Assembly: GCA_965203905.1 (NCBI GenBank)
Contig: CBDBDQ010000005.1
Span: forward strand, 6,528,001-6,592,000
DNA from: Spirochaetia bacterium
GTDB taxonomy: Bacteria; Spirochaetota; Spirochaetia; SZUA-6; Bin103
Length of the DNA: 64,000 nt
Reading direction: 5' to 3'
Shown: piece after piece, positions 59,445 to 64,000 of the stretch
Layout of the letters: each line of letters opens with the position of its first letter
Position numbering within the stretch: position 1 is the first letter of the stretch
Translations under genes and position numbers: made by a program
Notes under the pieces: generated by a model
What the model saw: only the letters and a program-made list of their open reading frames with translations
Database searches by the model: none
Told to the model about the DNA's origin: nothing

Positions 59445-60310
59445 GTGAAGTACGAGCTGGAGACGATTCCGGTGTGGGATGCCTACCACGCGCAGAGCGA
59501 GTGCCCCCTGTGCCTGCTGCTGCGCAAGGCGGAGCAGGACTTCGTGCGCTTCTACGTGGGGCACTCGGTGATGGTTCCGGAGATGCGGGTGCAGGTGAAC
59601 GACACGGGGTTTTGTCCCGCCCACTTCCCCATGCTGCTGGAGGGGGGCAACCGCCTGGGGCTGGCGCTCATCACCCACACCCACGTCGGCGAGCTACGCC
59701 GCAAGCTGGAACGGCGCCTGGGGAGCGGCAAGGCCGGTGCCGCCCTCAAACGGGAGATCGCCGGCTTCGGCACCTTTCTCACCGAGCAGATCGAGCGCTG
59801 CCTGATCTGCGAACGCCTGGACGATCCAGAAGCTCACCGGCGCCGACGTCAAGCGCTACAGCTACACCATCGTGCACCTGTGGCGGCACGAGGCCGAGTT
59901 CCGGCAGGCCTTCAACGATTCCCGCGGCATCTGTCTGGATCACGTGCGGGGCCTGCTGGCGATGGCCGTGGACCTCGCTCGCCGGATGCCGGCGGCCCGC
60001 AGCACGGTGGCGGCCAGATCGCTCCGGGCCGCGCCGCTGCGCGAGTTCGTCGGTGACCTGCTGCAGGTGCAAAAGCGCTCCTGGGAGCGGCTGGAACGGG
60101 AGCTGCTCGCCTTCACCGGCAAGTTCGACTACCGCGCCGAGGGCCCTCCCAGCCCCGCCGCCAAGCAGTCGGTCGTTGAGGAAGAAGGGCCGCGCCGGAT
60201 CGCGTTCGGCGAGGAAGGCGACGGCGCGCTCCGCCGCCCAGGTGCTGAAATGCGCCGACGCCATCCAGAAGCTCACGGGCGCCGACGTGACGCGCGAGCC
60301 CCCTCCCTGA
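59445..60310 (+). pseudogene. DUF6062-family protein disrupted by two insertions
   Basis: MKYELETIPVWDA...CPLC...GFC..H and CLIC...CLDH...KFDYR spread over three frames, with breaks at about 59824-59849 and 60176-60254. Confidence 0.8.
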
Positions 60311-60361
60311 CCCGGAGCTGACCGGGCCCGCCCGGTTGACCGCGCGATACGTGCAGCCTAG

Positions 60362-60468
60362 GAGGCCGTCCAGGGCGGCGTGGCAATGGCGCGGCAACCG
60401 TAGCAGCCGAGCGTGTCCCAGCGTTGCTGATCGCTCATGATGAGCAGGATGTTGGGCCGCTCCTCCAT
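60362..60468 (-). pseudogene. N-terminal scrap of a diverged second copy of the 56869-58383 sulfatase
   Basis: MEERPNILLIMSDQQRWDTLGCYGCRAIAT.ALDGL versus MTERPNILLLMSDQQRWDTLGCYGCDAIPTPALDGL. Confidence 0.85.
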
Positions 60469-60548
60469 GTGCGAGGCGCAGCCTGCCGCACGGCCCTTTC
60501 GGTGTCAAACGGCCGGCCCGAAACCGGCAATCCACCTGGCAGCGTGCC

Positions 60549-61439
60549 GTGCGCGTGCTGCGCAAGGACCGCTACCTCTACCTGATCTTCCTGCTGCCGT
60601 TCCTCTACTTCCTGGTGTTCCACTACCTGCCGATCTACGGCGTCATCATCGCCTTCAAGAACTACAAAGTGGCGTTCGGCATCTGGGGCTCGAAGTGGGT
60701 CGGCCTGCAGTACTTCATCGAGTTCCTCACCGATCCCTACGCCTGGAAGCTGATCCGCAACACCATGCTGCTGTCGTTCTACAGCATCGTCTTCGGCTTC
60801 CCGATACCGATCATCCTGGCGCTGCTGCTCAACGAGCTGCAGATCTCCTGGTTCAAGCGGGTGGTGCAGACGGTGAGCTACCTGCCGCACTTCATCTCGG
60901 TGGTGGTGGTGGCGGGGATGGTCGTGAACTTCCTGAACAGCGACGGCCTGGTGAACCGCATCATCGTGGCGCTGGGCGGCGAGTCGTTCCCGTGGCTGAT
61001 GCAGCCGCGCTGGTTTCCGACCATCTACGTCGTCTCCGGCATCTGGCAGCACGCCGGCTGGAGCTCGATCATCTACCTGGCCGCCCTGTCGGCGATCGAT
61101 CCGGAACTGTACGAGGCGGCCACCATCGACGGCGCCGGCCGCTTCCAGCAGATGCGCCACATCACTCTGCCCGGCATCGCCCCCACCATCACCATCCTGC
61201 TGATCCTCGACCTGGGGCGCATCATGTCGGTCGGGTGGGAAAAGATCCTGCTGCTGTACACCGGCGCCACCTACGAAACCGCCGACGTGCTGCAGACCTA
61301 CATCTACCGCCGCGGCCTGGAGGGCGCCGACTTCAGCTACGCCACCGCGGTGGGCGTGTTCCAGGGACTGGTGGGCCTGGCGTTCGTGATCGGGGCCAAC
61401 TACCTGTCGCGCCGGTTTTCGGATACCAGCCTGTGGTAA
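60549..61439 (+). CDS. Sugar ABC permease (LplB/YteP-like)
   Basis: YLPHFIS and IDPELYEAATIDGA motifs; start uncertain. Confidence 0.9.
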   Translation: MRVLRKDRYLYLIFLLPFLYFLVFHYLPIYGVIIAFKNYKVAFGIWGSKWVGLQYFIEFLTDPYAWKLIRNTMLLSFYSIVFGFPIPIILALLLNELQISWFKRVVQTVSYLPHFISVVVVAGMVVNFLNSDGLVNRIIVALGGESFPWLMQPRWFPTIYVVSGIWQHAGWSSIIYLAALSAIDPELYEAATIDGAGRFQQMRHITLPGIAPTITILLILDLGRIMSVGWEKILLLYTGATYETADVLQTYIYRRGLEGADFSYATAVGVFQGLVGLAFVIGANYLSRRFSDTSLW

Positions 61440-62335
61440 CCCCGCGCCTGCGCACCGCGTTCAGCGACCGCTCGCTCGGCTCGCACTCGTTCGACATCGT
61501 CAACGTGGTGCTGCTGCTGGGGGTGGTCTTCGTCACCCTCTATCCGATGTACTACATCGCCATCATATCGTTCTCCGACGGCAAGGAGGTGCTGCTCGGC
61601 CGGGTGCGCTTCTGGCCGCGCGGCTTCAACCTGGAGTCGTACCGGCTGGTGCTGCGCGACGACACCGTGATCCGCTCGCTGTTCAACTCGATCCTCTACA
61701 CCTCGGTGGGCACCCTGATCAACCTGGTGCTGTCCACCCTGTGCGCCTACCCGCTGTCGCGGCGCGACTTCTCCGGGCGCAAGCTGCTGACCCTGTACGT
61801 GGCGATCACCATGTTCTTCCAGGGCGGTCTGATACCGCTCTACCTGGTGGTGCTGCAGCTCGGGCTGCTCGACACCATGTGGGCGATCGTGCTGGTGCCG
61901 GCGATCAACCAGTTCTACATGTTCATCATGCGCACCTACTTTCAGGGCCAGCCGACGGCGCTGCACGAGGCCGCGATCATCGACGGCGCCAACGACCTCC
62001 AGATCCTGGCGCGCATCGTGGTGCCGCTGGCCAAGCCGATCATGGCCACCATGCTGCTGTTCTACGCCGTCCAGCACTGGAACAGCTTCTTCCACGCGCT
62101 GATATTCCTCACCGAGAAGCGCCTTTACCCGCTGCAACTGATTCTGCGCAGCGTCGTGGTCGAGGCCACCTTCGAGCAGATGAACGAGATCGGCGCCGCC
62201 ACCGACTTCATGGTGCTGGAGAAGACGATCCGGTTCTCGGTGATCATGGTATCGACACTGCCGATTCTGCTGGTGTATCCCTTCCTGCAGAAGTATTTCG
62301 TGAAGGGCGTCATGATCGGCGCCCTGAAGGGATAA
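61433..62335 (+). CDS. Carbohydrate ABC permease (LplC-like)
   Basis: AYPLSR, GGLIP.Y, EAAIIDGA and YPFLQKYFVKG motifs. Confidence 0.92.
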   Translation: MVTPRLRTAFSDRSLGSHSFDIVNVVLLLGVVFVTLYPMYYIAIISFSDGKEVLLGRVRFWPRGFNLESYRLVLRDDTVIRSLFNSILYTSVGTLINLVLSTLCAYPLSRRDFSGRKLLTLYVAITMFFQGGLIPLYLVVLQLGLLDTMWAIVLVPAINQFYMFIMRTYFQGQPTALHEAAIIDGANDLQILARIVVPLAKPIMATMLLFYAVQHWNSFFHALIFLTEKRLYPLQLILRSVVVEATFEQMNEIGAATDFMVLEKTIRFSVIMVSTLPILLVYPFLQKYFVKGVMIGALKG

Positions 62336-62377
62336 TCAAACCCGTCGCGCGCCTGGGAGCGCGCAAAAGGAGTTTCC

Positions 62378-63892
62378 ATGAGGTTCATGCTTATTGCGGC
62401 AGGGCTGGCCCTGCTGCTCGTTTCCGGCACCGTGTGGGGCGCCGGCGAGGAGGAGGGCGCCGCGGCCGAGCGGGTGACCGTCACCTTCATGCGGCCCGAG
62501 CACCCGTCGTCGCCGATCGACCCGGAGGCGCCGGTGTACGAGGCGATTCGGGAGGCGCTCAACATCGACCTGCAGATCGAGGCGATCCCCAGCGGCGACT
62601 TCAACGCCAAGGTGCAACTGCTGCTCGGCACCGCCCAGCTACCCGACATCGCGCGGCTGCGGCAGCGACAGGTGAACGACTTCGCCGACTCCGGCGTGTT
62701 CCTGCCGCTCAACGAGCCGTTGAAGAACCAGGCGCCGGACCTGTGGGCTTACATCGACGCCATTCCCGACGCCAAGAAGACGTTCATCGACGGCACCATG
62801 TACTACGTGCCGCAGATGGACTCCTTCCAGAAGCTGCTGGCTCCGATACCGATGATCCGGCGCGACCTGCTGGACGATCTCGGGCTGGAGATGCCGGACA
62901 GCTTCGACGAGCTGTACGAGACCCTGGCCACGTTCAAGCGGGAGTTCCCGGACAGCCAGCCGTGGACCGTGCGCGGCGGCACGCGCAACCTGCTCAACCG
63001 CGCCGCGTTCCCGATGGGCATGGGCTGGGGCATCCACTGGGTGCCCAGCGAGGGGCGCTGGGTGTACGGCACGGTCAAGCCCGAGTTCAAGACCATCCTG
63101 GAGTACTTCCGCAACGCGTACGTGGACGGCGTGCTCGATCCCGACTTCGCCATCAACTCGTCGAGCCAGTGGCACGAGAAGCTGGGCTCCGGCAAGTCGC
63201 TGTTCTACTACGACAACATGACCTTCGGGCTGAACTACACGATCAGCCTGCGCCAGATGAAGCCGGAAGCGCTGTTCTGGCCGGTTCCGGTGATGGAGAA
63301 CGCGTTCGGCACGCGGCAGAATTTCTCGTACCCCCGGCACTGGTTGTCGTCCGGGTTCACGGTGGCCGCCAAGAGCAAGCACCACGACCGCATCATGGAG
63401 CTGTTCAACTGGATGGGCCACGGCGACGGCCTGCTCCTCACCAACTGGGGTATCGAGGGTGAGCACTGGCATCGCGTCAACGGCGAGATCGAGGCATTGC
63501 CGGAGGTGCTCGACACCTACCGCGGCGCCTCCGACCCGCAGCGCGCGATGCGGGCCTCGATCGGCACCGGGCTGCTGCAGTTCTGCCTGATCGTGGACCA
63601 GAAGCCGATCTACTACTTCGATCCGCCGGAGGTCTCCGACTGGTACGCGCAGGTGCAAGCCGATCCCAACATGCACCTGCCGGTGCTGCCACCGCCCTTC
63701 AACGAGGAAGAGCGCGAGCGCCTGAAGCGGCTGATCACCGACGTCGACAATATCCTCAACCCGGCGCTCGACGGCTTCATCGTCGGCACCGTGTCACTGG
63801 ACGAGTTCGACAACGTGATGCAGCAGGCGATCGACGCCGGCGCCGAAGAGATCGAGGAGATCTACAACGCCGCGGAGGCGCGCCTGCGCTAA
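62378..63892 (+). CDS. ABC transporter extracellular solute-binding protein (LplA-like)
   Basis: AAGGAG SD; signal ending VWGAGEEEG; IRRDLLDDLGL..P and WGIEGEHW motifs. Confidence 0.9.
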   Translation: MRFMLIAAGLALLLVSGTVWGAGEEEGAAAERVTVTFMRPEHPSSPIDPEAPVYEAIREALNIDLQIEAIPSGDFNAKVQLLLGTAQLPDIARLRQRQVNDFADSGVFLPLNEPLKNQAPDLWAYIDAIPDAKKTFIDGTMYYVPQMDSFQKLLAPIPMIRRDLLDDLGLEMPDSFDELYETLATFKREFPDSQPWTVRGGTRNLLNRAAFPMGMGWGIHWVPSEGRWVYGTVKPEFKTILEYFRNAYVDGVLDPDFAINSSSQWHEKLGSGKSLFYYDNMTFGLNYTISLRQMKPEALFWPVPVMENAFGTRQNFSYPRHWLSSGFTVAAKSKHHDRIMELFNWMGHGDGLLLTNWGIEGEHWHRVNGEIEALPEVLDTYRGASDPQRAMRASIGTGLLQFCLIVDQKPIYYFDPPEVSDWYAQVQADPNMHLPVLPPPFNEEERERLKRLITDVDNILNPALDGFIVGTVSLDEFDNVMQQAIDAGAEEIEEIYNAAEARLR

Positions 63893-63909
63893 AGCTGAGG
63901 TTATCTGCG

Positions 63910-63952
63910 CGACGCAGCACGCACCGACCTTGGGCCGGTGCGTGCTGCGTCG
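63910..63952. terminator. 17-bp perfect hairpin after the SBP gene
   Basis: CGACGCAGCACGCACCG, 9-nt loop, CGGTGCGTGCTGCGTCG; no U-tract. Confidence 0.6.
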
Positions 63953-64000
63953 GCAGAATCAGTTGTGACGAAGTCAGCCTCATCAAGGCACGAGAAAGAT

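Noticed and set aside
59445-60468. Diversity-generating retroelement template/variable repeat pair
   Set aside because: Mismatches between the repeats are not adenine-specific, are largely synonymous, and no reverse transcriptase is present.
1-64000. Many long antisense or alternate-frame ORFs (e.g. 8589-10256, 16138-18330, 33607-35772, 35856-38216, 56878-58500)
   Set aside because: They are shadow ORFs expected in high-GC DNA, overlapping genes with clear family motifs and having low-complexity R/A/G/P/H-rich translations.
1-64000. CRISPR array, rRNA or tRNA genes
   Set aside because: No regularly spaced repeats, cas genes or recognisable structural RNA were seen by eye; a covariance-model scan was not possible.
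1-64000. All frameshifts being long-read sequencing errors
   Set aside because: Most long genes are clean, while lesions cluster in remnants and include nonsense changes and large deletions. Individual 1-nt homopolymer cases (6935, 29471, 59210) still need read checks.

Overview
A high-GC bacterial accessory and catabolic region. The A/G-x-G-x-x-E N-termini of its solute-binding proteins, a DUF6062 gene, and the many sulfatases, PhyH dioxygenases and toxin-antitoxin (TA) genes suggest a Spirochaetaceae-like host-associated organism, possibly a sponge symbiont (inference). Intact catabolic genes include four Cys-type sulfatases, hydantoinase/oxoprolinase A+B, Gfo/Idh/MocA oxidoreductases, a split transketolase, GalU, an acetolactate synthase-like enzyme and three ABC importers without ATPases. 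These alternate with about a dozen lower-GC TA or defence modules, many truncated exactly at a neighbour's stop codon or disabled in the toxin or active site. Best candidate for an uncharacterised system: a translationally coupled triad of a HEPN-like protein, a KGGVGR-type ParA-like ATPase and a P-loop ATPase (5674-8561), decayed in this copy. Other notable signals are short templated insertions inside a DUF6062 gene, a diverged tandem duplication of the hydantoinase operon, mosaics of gene scraps, and pervasive leaderless (-10 box then start codon) gene starts. No rRNA, tRNA, CRISPR array or intact transposase was seen. All family assignments come from motif recognition by eye, not database searches.
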